Positions 8,624 to 17,656 of a DNA stretch of 36,630 nt are shown here, piece by piece. The position numbers were made by a program, and so were the translations under genes. Within the stretch, counting starts at the first letter, position 1. Each line of letters begins with the position of its first letter. Origin of the DNA: Nitrospirota bacterium (GTDB lineage Bacteria > Nitrospirota > Thermodesulfovibrionia > Thermodesulfovibrionales > UBA6898); assembly GCA_021813425.1 (NCBI GenBank), contig JAKAKQ010000325.1:1-36630 (forward strand). The letters are read 5' to 3'. The notes under the pieces were generated by a model that was not told the origin of the DNA, searched no databases, and saw nothing but the letters and a program-made list of their open reading frames with translations.

Positions 8624-9672
8624 CTGTCACCCTGCTTTCTCAAGGCGAGCCCTACTGAAACTGCCAGTATCGGCGCCATTTCATGAATATAAGATGCATC
8701 AAACTTTTTCGGTATCTTGATATTCCTGAAAGGCTCTACTATTTTGGTCTCTATCCCGGCCCTCTCGGCTATCATAGCCGGCATATTCTTTAACAGGGCG
8801 CAGCCGCCGCTTAATATAGCCTCCGAAATATCTTCGTGAAGTGTAGTGCTTCTGTAATAATCAAATGAGCGGACGATCTCACTGAGTATCTCTTCAGAGG
8901 CGGCTTCTATAACAGAATTAGCGTCCTCAGGAGAAACATTCTCAACAGGCTCGCCCCTTTTCAGCTTTTCTGCATTCTCATAAGAGATATTAAATTCTCT
9001 CTGAAGGGCCTCTGAATGCAGGTTGCTTCCGAGAGAACTGTCCCTGGTAAATACAGAGATACCGCCTTTAAGGATGCTCAGATTTATAATGCTCGCTCCT
9101 ATATTCAGCAATGCAACATTCTTCCCGGGTTCAATCTCATAGTTGATCCCGTACATATTCTCAAGGGCAAAAGAATCTATATCCACTATTATCGGATTAA
9201 ACCCTGCCTCTTTTACCACTGAAATATATTCATTTATGATATCCTTTTTGACCGCCACAAGTATAACATCCATCTGACCGGGCTCTTCCTTAGGCCCGAT
9301 TATCTGGAAATCAAGGATTACGTCTTCAATATCGAAGGGAACATACTGTTCTGCTTCAAACTTTATTGACTCGGAAAGCTCCTCTTCCGACATCTCGGGA
9401 AGAGATATCCTTTTTATTATCACTGATGAATGTCCTGAGATGGATATGACCGCATTCTTTGTTTTTATATTGGCCTGTTTGATCATATCTTTTAATGAAT
9501 CAACCAGCCGGAGGGAGTCTATTATCGAGCCATCGACAATTAGTTCGGGGGGGAGAGGGTATATATTAAACAGTTCAAGCTCATAATTCCCCTTGGCTTC
9601 CTTGAGCTTTACTGTCTTGATATAACTCGAGCCAATGTCTAACCCTATCGAGTCTTTTCCACCAAAAAGCAT
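8620..9672 (-). CDS. pilM: type IV pilus assembly ATPase-like protein PilM
   Basis: 350 aa with an actin/FtsA-like fold signature (IGLDIGSSYIKTVKL). It is the first gene of the pilMNOPQ cluster. Confidence 0.9.
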   Translation of the reverse strand: MLFGGKDSIGLDIGSSYIKTVKLKEAKGNYELELFNIYPLPPELIVDGSIIDSLRLVDSLKDMIKQANIKTKNAVISISGHSSVIIKRISLPEMSEEELSESIKFEAEQYVPFDIEDVILDFQIIGPKEEPGQMDVILVAVKKDIINEYISVVKEAGFNPIIVDIDSFALENMYGINYEIEPGKNVALLNIGASIINLSILKGGISVFTRDSSLGSNLHSEALQREFNISYENAEKLKRGEPVENVSPEDANSVIEAASEEILSEIVRSFDYYRSTTLHEDISEAILSGGCALLKNMPAMIAERAGIETKIVEPFRNIKIPKKFDASYIHEMAPILAVSVGLALRKQGDR

Positions 9673-9678
9673 AGCATA

Positions 9679-9707
9679 TGAATACCAGAAAAAAACTTTC
9701 TTGTCAA
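9679..9707 (-). promoter_or_regulatory. candidate sigma70-type promoter for pilM (possibly a leaderless transcript)
   Basis: On the - strand: TTGACA (9707-9702), a 17-nt spacer, TATTCA (9684-9679), 6 nt, then the pilM ATG at 9672. No Shine-Dalgarno sequence is visible. Confidence 0.35.
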
Positions 9708-9791
9708 GCTTTTTTTTAAAAATATTTCATTTATATCATAGACTTTAATATCAATATTGAGAAATTAGTTTAACATTTTTGAAAAATAAAG

Positions 9792-10658
9792 CTATAAATT
9801 CAGGATTCTTACTGCCTTAATAATATTAAGATTTACGATACCTATACCGAATAAATTCCCTTCCGGTCCTTTCAATTTTACAAATTCATTATCATTAAAT
9901 TCATGGGTTCTGTCGAACATTACCTGCATGCCGTTTCTTGCTCTTTTGTAATCTTCCCCGTCTAAAACTATCACCCTTAAATTTGATAATGCACTATCTA
10001 CTGAATAAAAAGAAAAGTCTTCAGACACAAGATCGTCGAAGGACACCGCATCCTTTATAATAAAAGGTCCTACGCCTCTTCTTTCTAAAGAGACAAGGTG
10101 GGCCCCTACACCGAGTCTGATTCCTATATCTTCACATAATGTTCTCACATAAGTCCCTTTCGAGCATGAAATCGTCATATCGAAATATGGCAGATCTATA
10201 CAGATTATTTTAATTTCATGGATTTCAACCGAGCGTTCGGGTCTGTCTATCTCAACACCGCTTCTGGCGAGCTTATAAAGAGCCCTGCCGCCTATTTTTA
10301 CAGCTGAATACATCGGGGGCTTCTGCCTGATGCGTCCCTGGAACATCATGACTGTTTCAACCAGTTCGGCTTCAGACAGTAAAGAAGTATCTTTTTTTTC
10401 TATTACACTCCCCTCTGAATCGTAAGTGTCTGTTCTTTCACCCAGTTTAACCCTGGCGTAATACTGCTTATCCATGTCCGACAGGAACCTTGCGATCTTT
10501 GTTGCTTCATTCGTGCAGATCAAAAGCACCCCTGTTGCCATCGGATCGAGCGTGCCTGCATGACCTGCTTTTTTAAGCTTCAGGATGCGTTTCACCTTTG
10601 TTACGGCCTGATGCGAAGTTATTCCGGATGGTTTATTCAGATTAATTATTATATTCAT
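9792..10658 (-). CDS. truB: tRNA pseudouridine-55 synthase
   Basis: 288 aa with the catalytic motif GHAGTLDPMATGVLL. Confidence 0.9.
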   Translation of the reverse strand: MNIIINLNKPSGITSHQAVTKVKRILKLKKAGHAGTLDPMATGVLLICTNEATKIARFLSDMDKQYYARVKLGERTDTYDSEGSVIEKKDTSLLSEAELVETVMMFQGRIRQKPPMYSAVKIGGRALYKLARSGVEIDRPERSVEIHEIKIICIDLPYFDMTISCSKGTYVRTLCEDIGIRLGVGAHLVSLERRGVGPFIIKDAVSFDDLVSEDFSFYSVDSALSNLRVIVLDGEDYKRARNGMQVMFDRTHEFNDNEFVKLKGPEGNLFGIGIVNLNIIKAVRILNL

Positions 10659-10678
10659 GAAGAAAAAAATAAAAATTG

Positions 10679-10789
10679 AGAAATGAGAAATAGAATTAAA
10701 AACTCCCTAATTCTGTTCTATTACATTACAAAATTTATAGGTACCGGATATAGAACTTTTGAAATAGCCTCTTTTCACTTCTCATTTCT
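10679..10789. repeat. 111-bp intergenic element bounded by an 11-bp perfect inverted repeat
   Basis: agaaatgagaa (10679-10689) pairs with ttctcatttct (10779-10789). Both arms sit in 7-nt tandem motifs (gagaaat x2; tcatttc/tgatttc). It lies between the truB start and the nrnA stop. Confidence 0.6.
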
Positions 10790-10802
10790 GATTTCTTGGT
10801 TC

Positions 10803-11756
10803 TCACTTGTCATTTATTTTTTTATATGCCTTAAGCAGAGCCTTCCTGGCAGATTCCAGGTCAGCCTTTATCTTAAAACCGGCAGCGTTTTTGTGGCCGC
10901 CTCCGTCATATAGTTCAGCTATTTTTGCAACATTAACATCCCCTTTGGACCTGAGGCTTGCCTTCCAGACACCCTTTCCGATCTCCCTGAACACGGCCGA
11001 TATCTTTACCGAATTGATTATCCTCGGGAAATTCGAAAAGTTCTCGGTATCTTCGGGTTTTGTCCTCGTTTTTCTGAACATATCGCTGGTAATATGCATT
11101 ATCGCTATTCTGTTTTGTATCTCCAGGGTATTCAGGGTCATCATAAGCAGATCGAATCTTCTCCTGTCCCATGATTCGTAAAGGTAATCAGCGATCAGGT
11201 TGGGCTTCGCACCCGACTCGATAAGTTCGGCGCTTGCCCTGAGCACACCAGGGTTTGTATTGCTGTATCTGAAAGTCCCTGTGTCAACCGAAATGGCAGT
11301 ATAAAGATTTGTTGCCATATCTTTTGTAAATTTGATTCCCATTGATTTAATCAGATAAAATATCATCAGCCCTGTGGCTGCCGCAGCCCTGTCCACCCAT
11401 CTTACATCGCCGAAGTCTCTTTCTGTTTCGTGATGGTCTATAATTACCGGACATCTGAACTCATACCGGTCTATCGCAGCCCTTTCAGGACTGTTGCAGT
11501 CAAGGAGGATAAGGACAGGATCTGTCTTGAGCGCATTCTTGAGACTTGACGTAAATCTTTTATGACCTGGCATAAACCTGTAAAATCCCGGCACGGGATC
11601 CCTGCTGTAAACAGATGTCTTCTTGCCCATGGATTCAAGGGCGATCGAAAGAGCCAGTGCAGAACCTATCGCATCTCCGTCAGGGTTTATGTGGGTTGCA
11701 ATAAGAAAATTCTTCTCTTCCCTGAGGATAGTCAGGATCTTTTCAGGGACCTTCAT
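10803..11756 (-). CDS. nrnA: DHH/DHHA1 phosphoesterase (NrnA-type oligoribonuclease / pAp phosphatase)
   Basis: 317 aa. Motifs present: HINPDGDAIGS, IIDHH and GGGHKNAAGF (DHHA1). Confidence 0.8.
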   Translation of the reverse strand: MKVPEKILTILREEKNFLIATHINPDGDAIGSALALSIALESMGKKTSVYSRDPVPGFYRFMPGHKRFTSSLKNALKTDPVLILLDCNSPERAAIDRYEFRCPVIIDHHETERDFGDVRWVDRAAAATGLMIFYLIKSMGIKFTKDMATNLYTAISVDTGTFRYSNTNPGVLRASAELIESGAKPNLIADYLYESWDRRRFDLLMMTLNTLEIQNRIAIMHITSDMFRKTRTKPEDTENFSNFPRIINSVKISAVFREIGKGVWKASLRSKGDVNVAKIAELYDGGGHKNAAGFKIKADLESARKALLKAYKKINDK

Positions 11757-12099
11757 CTTTATCCTTAATCTCTTTCAGAAGCTTGTCTATCTTGTAGCCG
11801 TATTCTATCGAAGCGTCAAGCCTGAATTCGATACCGGGTATGAATTTCATCTTGAGTCTCTTTGAGAGTATCGAACGCATGAAGCTTTTTGCGGAGTTTA
11901 ATATTTCTAATGTAGCCTCCCTTTCATCCTCTTTGAGGATGCTGACAAAGACCTTTGCAAACTTGAGGTCCGGCGTCATTTCAACCCCTGTGACTGTAAC
12001 AAAACCTATCCTGGGGTCTTTGAGCCTGTACATTATAATGTCGGCGATCTCTTCTCTTATCAGGTCGCTGACCCTCTGTGAACGTTTGTATGGAAGCAT
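11743..12099 (-). CDS. rbfA: ribosome-binding factor A
   Basis: I prefer the start at M25 of the track ORF (ATG 12099). MLPYKRSQRVSDLIREEIADIIMYRLKDPRIGFVTVTGVEMTPDLKFAKVFVS aligns with canonical RbfA N-termini. The upstream 24 codons look like read-through. Confidence 0.8.
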   Translation of the reverse strand: MLPYKRSQRVSDLIREEIADIIMYRLKDPRIGFVTVTGVEMTPDLKFAKVFVSILKEDEREATLEILNSAKSFMRSILSKRLKMKFIPGIEFRLDASIEYGYKIDKLLKEIKDKDEGP

Positions 12100-12173
12100 A
12101 GTTGTTTTCAGTGATTGGTGAAATGTGTCAGTTTTGTGTTTATTACCAACACTAAAAACTGCCACGGTCATTT

Positions 12174-14624
12174 TTAAAGTTTTGCGGCTATCTTTTCTAT
12201 TATATAATTTTCGAGTATATCGCCGATTTTAATATCGTTAAAATTCTCAAGCAGTACACCGCATTCATAACCTGCCTGGACCTCCCTGACATCGTCCTTA
12301 AATCTTTTCAATGTAGCTATCTTCCCGTCATAAATTACGATGCTGTCCCTCAGGAGGCGGATACCGTCGCTTGCACGGGAAATATAACCATCTGTAACAT
12401 ATGACCCTGCAATAGTTCCGAGCCTGGATACAGGGAACAGTTGTCTGACCTCTGCCCTTCCAAGGATCTTTTCCTTGAGTGTAGGCTCTAATAAACCTTC
12501 AAGGGCCTTCTTCACATCTTCTATCGCCTCATAAATTACATTATAAAGCCTTATGTCGACTCCCTCTTTTTCGGCAGTCTGTGCAGCCTTTGTTTCAGGC
12601 CTGACATTAAACCCGATTATGATCGCATTCGATGCTGTAGCAAGCATAACGTCTGATTCATTTATGCCTCCGACCGATGTATGTATAACCTTGACCTTCA
12701 CATCAGGATGAGAGATATTTTCAAAGGCATCCTTTATCGCCTCAACAGATCCCTGAACATCTCCCTTTATTATTATATTAAGCTCCCTTATCTGCCCCTC
12801 TTTTATCTTTGTATAGAGTTCATCAAGGGTTAATTTCTTTGCCTTTGCTATTTCAAGCGACCTCTGTTTCTGGAATCTCATCAACGCAATCTGCCGGGCC
12901 CTCTTCTCGTCTTCTACTACCGTAAATATATCGCCTGCGGAAGGGACCTCGGAAAACCCTATGACTTCAACCGGTGTTGAAGGTCCGGCATCCTGTATCC
13001 TTTTGCCCGAGTCATCTATCAAAGCCCTTACCTTCCCTACATGAACCCCTGACAATAATGCATCACTTGCCCTGAGCGTACCTGTCTGCACAAGCAGCGT
13101 TGCAACAGGTCCCCTGCCCCTGTCGAGTTTTGCCTCGATAACAGTGCCTCTGGCTTCCCTGTCCGGGTTTGCCTTGAGTTCCATTATCTCCGCCTGCAAC
13201 AGGATCATTTCGAGAAGATGTTCGATGCCTATACGTTTCTTTGCGGATACCTCAACAAATATGTCATGGCCGCCCCATTCTTCCGAGATAATACCATGCT
13301 CGGAAAGTTCTCCCTTGACCTTTGCCACATTTGCCTCCGGCTTGTCTATTTTATTTACAGCCACGACTATAGGGACATTAGCCGCCTTTGCATGGTTTAT
13401 CGCCTCGACTGTCTGAGGCATTACACCGTCATCGGCAGCCACGACAAGGACAACTATATCAGTTACCTTTGCACCTCTTGCCCTCATTGAAGTAAAGGCC
13501 TCATGACCCGGTGTATCGAGGAAAACAATATCTTTTCCTTTTAGATTTACCTTATATGCACCAATATGCTGAGTTATGCCTCCTGCCTCGGTCTCGGTAA
13601 CCTTTGTCTCCCTTATCGCATCGAGCAGAGATGTTTTACCATGGTCAACGTGACCCATTATCGTAACGACCGGAGCCCGGGGAAGGAGTTTTGTTACATC
13701 TTCCTGAACCACTTCAACGGCTGTATCTTCTTCAACAGATGACAGTTCGAGTTTAACCCCGAAACTCTCTGCAACAAGGAAGGCGGCATCAGTATCAACA
13801 GGCTGGTTTATGGTAGGCATATAACCCATTTCCATAAATTTCTTAATTACTTCAGAAAATTTCAGGCCTATAAGCTCCGAGAACTCCTTAACTGTTGTCC
13901 CTTCACGGAGCTTCAGTGTCTTCTTCCTTGGCATTGTGGACTGCAGTACCGGTTTCTGCTCCTGTTTCTGGGCAAATTTCTGTTTTTCGCCCTTCTTGAC
14001 TATCCGGGTGTCATGCCACTTTTTGGGCTCTATTTTCCTGATAGCCTGAAAAGCCCTCTGCAAGCCCGGCTTTGCTTTAAACTTCTCTATCTTTTCGGCC
14101 TCAATCTCCTTTTTAAACCTGTCAGGCAATTTAATTTCTTCTTCAACTTCCGGGACAGGGACAGGAGAAGCTTTTGTTTCTTCCGGAGCAAACCCTTCTT
14201 CTTCAATCTCCTTTGATACAGCCTTTTCAGGAACTTTTAGAACAGGTTCTTTTTTTACAGTCTCCTTAACTTCTTCGACCGCTTTTTTAACAGGAGCTTC
14301 TGCCGGCTTTTCGGCAATCTCTGCAACCGGTGTTTTTTTAACAGGCCTGGGCGGTTTTACCTTCTCGGGTTTAACTGCTTCCGGTTTTTCCGGTTTTGCA
14401 GCCTTCTCAGCAGGCTTGGGTTTTTCCGGTTTTGCAGCAGCCTTCCGGGGTATTTCAGCGGCCTTGGGAGGGGATAAAACCTTTTTTAACTTTTCTGCAA
14501 TATCATCTTCGATACCGGAAGTATGGGTCTTCCCTGTTATACCCATTTTGGAAAGTTCTTCCAGGATATCCTTGCTATGTTTATTCAGCTTTTTTGCTAA
14601 TTCAAATATTCTTATCTTTGACAT
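12174..14624 (-). CDS. infB: translation initiation factor IF-2
   Basis: The N-terminus is [13 protein letters not shown] (ATG 14624; an alternative GTG lies at 14630). There is a K/P/E-rich linker, and G-domain motifs [20 protein letters not shown] and NKID. Confidence 0.92.
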   Translation of the reverse strand: MSKIRIFELAKKLNKHSKDILEELSKMGITGKTHTSGIEDDIAEKLKKVLSPPKAAEIPRKAAAKPEKPKPAEKAAKPEKPEAVKPEKVKPPRPVKKTPVAEIAEKPAEAPVKKAVEEVKETVKKEPVLKVPEKAVSKEIEEEGFAPEETKASPVPVPEVEEEIKLPDRFKKEIEAEKIEKFKAKPGLQRAFQAIRKIEPKKWHDTRIVKKGEKQKFAQKQEQKPVLQSTMPRKKTLKLREGTTVKEFSELIGLKFSEVIKKFMEMGYMPTINQPVDTDAAFLVAESFGVKLELSSVEEDTAVEVVQEDVTKLLPRAPVVTIMGHVDHGKTSLLDAIRETKVTETEAGGITQHIGAYKVNLKGKDIVFLDTPGHEAFTSMRARGAKVTDIVVLVVAADDGVMPQTVEAINHAKAANVPIVVAVNKIDKPEANVAKVKGELSEHGIISEEWGGHDIFVEVSAKKRIGIEHLLEMILLQAEIMELKANPDREARGTVIEAKLDRGRGPVATLLVQTGTLRASDALLSGVHVGKVRALIDDSGKRIQDAGPSTPVEVIGFSEVPSAGDIFTVVEDEKRARQIALMRFQKQRSLEIAKAKKLTLDELYTKIKEGQIRELNIIIKGDVQGSVEAIKDAFENISHPDVKVKVIHTSVGGINESDVMLATASNAIIIGFNVRPETKAAQTAEKEGVDIRLYNVIYEAIEDVKKALEGLLEPTLKEKILGRAEVRQLFPVSRLGTIAGSYVTDGYISRASDGIRLLRDSIVIYDGKIATLKRFKDDVREVQAGYECGVLLENFNDIKIGDILENYIIEKIAAKL

Positions 14625-14754
14625 TTGCACCGGCCTTTATGATTTTAAAAAAACTGATTATAATTTATTAAACTGGATCTAACCTTGTAACATTAACCTT
14701 AAAATGTTATCATAAAAAACAATTTTTATGCAATTCTGAAAGGAGGAACCGAAC

Positions 14755-14943
14755 TTGGCAAGTTGTATCGCATGCGGAAAGAAGAAGACAGTCGGGAATA
14801 ATGTAAGCCATGCCAACAATAAAACTAAGAGACAGCTTATGCCCAACCTTCAGAGGACAAGGATAGTGACCTCAAGCGGAGTAAAAAAGGCATATGTCTG
14901 CACAAGGTGTCTGCGTTCTGGTGTAGTTAAAAAGGTTGTTTGA
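14755..14943 (+). CDS. rpmB: 50S ribosomal protein L28
   Basis: 62 aa with a TTG start 8 nt after aggagg. The sequence ...[20 protein letters not shown]... is the L28 signature. Confidence 0.85.
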   Translation: MASCIACGKKKTVGNNVSHANNKTKRQLMPNLQRTRIVTSSGVKKAYVCTRCLRSGVVKKVV

Positions 14944-15383
14944 TGATAAAGACAGACTCCCTCATTGCCCCTATACTTAAAAATCTGGGTATTGAAGAGG
15001 GAGTCAGACTTGCACAGGTAAAAAATAACTGGCATAAAATCTTCGCAAAACCTCTATCCCAGCATATGTTCCCATCAAAACTCTCGGGGCACGAACTGCT
15101 TTTGAATGTAGATTCGCCCATATGGCTCCAGCAGCTCGGTTACTATAAAAGAGAAATAACTCAGAAACTGGAATCTTATGGTGTAAAAGATGTGCGTTTC
15201 AGACTGGGGAGGATATCACAGAAAAAACAGACCGAATCTCACACTCATAAAACTGCAGAGCTTTCTTCAGAAGATGCTTTTTTTATCGAGGATGTCGTTT
15301 CAGGAATCGGGGACGAAACAATAAAAGAATCCGCAAGACGTGCAATAGGGAAATCACTCACGTCAATAAAACATCCGAGATGA
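14943..15383 (+). CDS. DUF721 / DciA-like protein
   Basis: The ATG at 14943 overlaps the rpmB stop (a TTG at 14940 is also possible). LKNLGIEEGVRLAQVKNNWHKIFAKPLSQHMFPSKLSGHELLLNVDSPIWLQQLGYYKREI fits the DUF721 pattern from memory. Confidence 0.7.
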   Translation: MIKTDSLIAPILKNLGIEEGVRLAQVKNNWHKIFAKPLSQHMFPSKLSGHELLLNVDSPIWLQQLGYYKREITQKLESYGVKDVRFRLGRISQKKQTESHTHKTAELSSEDAFFIEDVVSGIGDETIKESARRAIGKSLTSIKHPR

Positions 15384-15592
15384 TTTAAAAAAATAATACT
15401 TCTTTCAAGTCATCAACTTTCTCGCAATATTCCTTCCAGGTTGATAACCAGGCTTAATCCTGCCCGAGGCTGATATCTATTTAAATCTTAAACTAATTAA
15501 CTATTTAAATATAATAAATTTTTATTTGTTATTCTTATCAGATTCATTGAGAATGAAGTCGTAGGGTATTGATGAGACTCAGAGGGGGATTA

Positions 15593-16087
15593 ATGACAGC
15601 CTTTTTCTACAGTTTCTTATCAAAATATTCTTGTTATTCCCTTGCGTTAATTCTTTTAATGTCAATGATAAACATAACTTTATGTCATGCCGAATCAAAA
15701 CCATCAAAATTCATCGGATCGCTTGCATGCAAAAACTGCCATAAAAAGGAATATGCCAGTTTTATTACCTTTGCAAAAAAGAGCAGGTCATTCGAAAGCA
15801 TTGAAAGGGTCAAAAAAGGCCTGCAAGAAAATGAAATTAAAGAGTGTTATTTCTGTCACACAACCGGATACGGCAGGACAGGTGGATTTATAAGCGTTGA
15901 GAAGACCCCGCATCTTAAGAATGCAGGCTGCGAAGTCTGCCATGGCCCGGGTGAACTCCATGCGAAGACAGGGAGCATTAACAGTATAAAGCGTCATATG
16001 TCCATGGAGGACTGTGAAGGCTGTCATACGTCGGAACGTGTCAATGCATTCAGGTACAAGCCCATGATTCACGGGGGGGCACATTAA
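15593..16087 (+). CDS. secreted tetrahaem c-type cytochrome (cytochrome c554-like)
   Basis: Four CxxCH motifs are present: CKNCH, CYFCH, CEVCH, CEGCH. I prefer ATG 15593, which follows agaggggga (15581-15589). This gives a signal-like N-terminus MTAFFYSFLSKYSCYSLALILLMSMINITLCHA. The track start at 15569 is in the same frame. Confidence 0.8.
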   Translation: MTAFFYSFLSKYSCYSLALILLMSMINITLCHAESKPSKFIGSLACKNCHKKEYASFITFAKKSRSFESIERVKKGLQENEIKECYFCHTTGYGRTGGFISVEKTPHLKNAGCEVCHGPGELHAKTGSINSIKRHMSMEDCEGCHTSERVNAFRYKPMIHGGAH

Positions 16088-16159
16088 TAGTAACGATTTG
16101 CAAATCGCGGCTGCAGGAATCTGACAATTGCTGTTTACAAACAGCTTAAGGAGGTAAGG

Positions 16160-17386
16160 TTGTTAAGCTTCATCGGAAAAAGCCTCGGGAGAACCATCCT
16201 CTCGGTCCTTGCATTAAGCGTAGCGCTGGTCATGTGTTTTGAAATCTATATTCGTATAACAAGAGGGACTGAAGACAGGATAAAGATGATGACGATTTTC
16301 GGGAATGAACTGGCAGCCTCGACATATGCGGGCATAAAGCATCCCATGTCGGTCGGGGACAGCGACGCAGTTAAAAGACAGCTTCTCGGTATAAGAGAAA
16401 AGATGAAAGGCGTCGAAGTATTCATCTGCGACTTTGACCAGAAAGTGATTTATTCCACCCATGAAGACAGGATAAAAGCTATCGTAAGTGATTTTGTCAA
16501 GAACAGGGATGCCTTGCAGGCTCTTAATGATGTATCAAAATCAGGCATGGATTCACAAAAGTCATTTGAAGAGGAATTTGGCGGCAGAAGATTCCTCATA
16601 ACCATACATCCAATCCTGAATCAGCCTTACTGCTTTCACTGCCATGGTTCTTCACGCAAAGTTCTTGGGAGCATGGTTATAAAGATGAGCACCGAGCAGA
16701 TATATGAAGCAATCACTTCAGGCAGAAACCGGAGTATCATTATCACTTTGTTCGGTATAGGGGCAATTGTAATTTTAACATATGCTATGCTGTCCAGACT
16801 GATCATCCGCCCAATTGAAGTTCTGGCCGAAAAGGCCAATAAATTTGCAGAGGGAGGCACGTCTGTTTCTGTAGATATCAGATCAAAAAACGAGGTGGGT
16901 GCCCTCGCTAATTCCTTTAACTACATGGTAAAAAGGATCAAGGACCAGATAGAGTATGCAAACAGTATAAAAGACGCGATTTGTGATCCTCTTTTTATGG
17001 TCGACAATAAAATGACAGTCACATATTTAAACGATGCATGCGCCCGCCTGACAGGGTACAAAAAGTCCGAGGTTGAGGGCAAAATGACATGCAGAGATCT
17101 CTTTATGAGCGACATATGTGATACCACCTGTCCTGTTAAATACTGTTTTGAAAAAGGAGAGCCTGTTGAGGGGGTCAGGGCTAATATTATCAACAGGGAA
17201 GGCAGACAGATACCCATTATGACCAGTGCAAGCCCCTTAAGAAACGCTCGCAGGGAACTTATCGGCGCAATTGAGATTTGCAAGGATATTAGTGTCATTA
17301 TCGATGCTGAGAAACGGCAATACATAAACAAGACGGCAGGGAGCGAACAGAAAAAAGAAAATATCCCGGAGAAAAGAACTTTCTGA
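16160..17386 (+). CDS. membrane sensor: extracytoplasmic CxxCH domain, HAMP, then a Cys-cluster PAS; no output domain
   Basis: TTG start after aaggagg. TM1 is ILSVLALSVALVMCFEIYI. The extracytoplasmic region contains PYCFHCHGSS. TM2 is IIITLFGIGAIVILTYAML. The HAMP is RPIEVLAEKANKFAEGG...EVGALANSFNYMVKRI. The PAS spans PLFMVDNKMTVTYLNDACARLTGY...IGAIEICKDIS and contains CRDLFMSDICDTTCPVKYC. The stop comes ~30 aa after the PAS. Confidence 0.75.
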   Translation: MLSFIGKSLGRTILSVLALSVALVMCFEIYIRITRGTEDRIKMMTIFGNELAASTYAGIKHPMSVGDSDAVKRQLLGIREKMKGVEVFICDFDQKVIYSTHEDRIKAIVSDFVKNRDALQALNDVSKSGMDSQKSFEEEFGGRRFLITIHPILNQPYCFHCHGSSRKVLGSMVIKMSTEQIYEAITSGRNRSIIITLFGIGAIVILTYAMLSRLIIRPIEVLAEKANKFAEGGTSVSVDIRSKNEVGALANSFNYMVKRIKDQIEYANSIKDAICDPLFMVDNKMTVTYLNDACARLTGYKKSEVEGKMTCRDLFMSDICDTTCPVKYCFEKGEPVEGVRANIINREGRQIPIMTSASPLRNARRELIGAIEICKDISVIIDAEKRQYINKTAGSEQKKENIPEKRTF

Positions 17387-17496
17387 AAATCCTGATGCCG
17401 GCATCATAAGGAAATCCCAATGTATAGGCAGATGTCTTTTAAAAAAAAGACGTTATAGATTATATTTTTTATCTGAACATGCTTATCAGATCAGAT

Positions 17497-17645
17497 TAAA
17501 TAGTGGCTGTTGCGGAAGCTGTTATTTATCACCCTGAACGAAGTGAAGGGTCTCGCAACTCGTTGAGTTCATGAGATTCTTCGCTTTGCTCAGAATGACA
17601 TTTAGTGTTTTCAGTGTTATCCGCAACAGAAACTAAATAGTGGCT
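17497..17645. mobile_element. MITE-like 125-bp insertion flanked by a 12-bp direct repeat
   Basis: TAAATAGTGGCT occurs at 17497-17508 and again at 17634-17645. Subterminal inverted repeats are gttgcgga (17509-17516) and tccgcaac (17620-17627). The core is an imperfect hairpin, tcaccctgaacgaagtgaagggtctc (17529-17555) against gagattcttcgctttgctcagaatgaca (17574-17600). It has no coding capacity. Confidence 0.55.
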
Positions 17646-17656
17646 TTCAAATCTAT

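Noticed and set aside
15543-15557. Palindrome ttcatt-gag-aatgaa upstream of the cytochrome gene as a Fur-type operator
   Set aside because: It has only 6-bp arms in AT-rich DNA and a poor match to the Fur box consensus. It cannot be distinguished from chance without comparative data.
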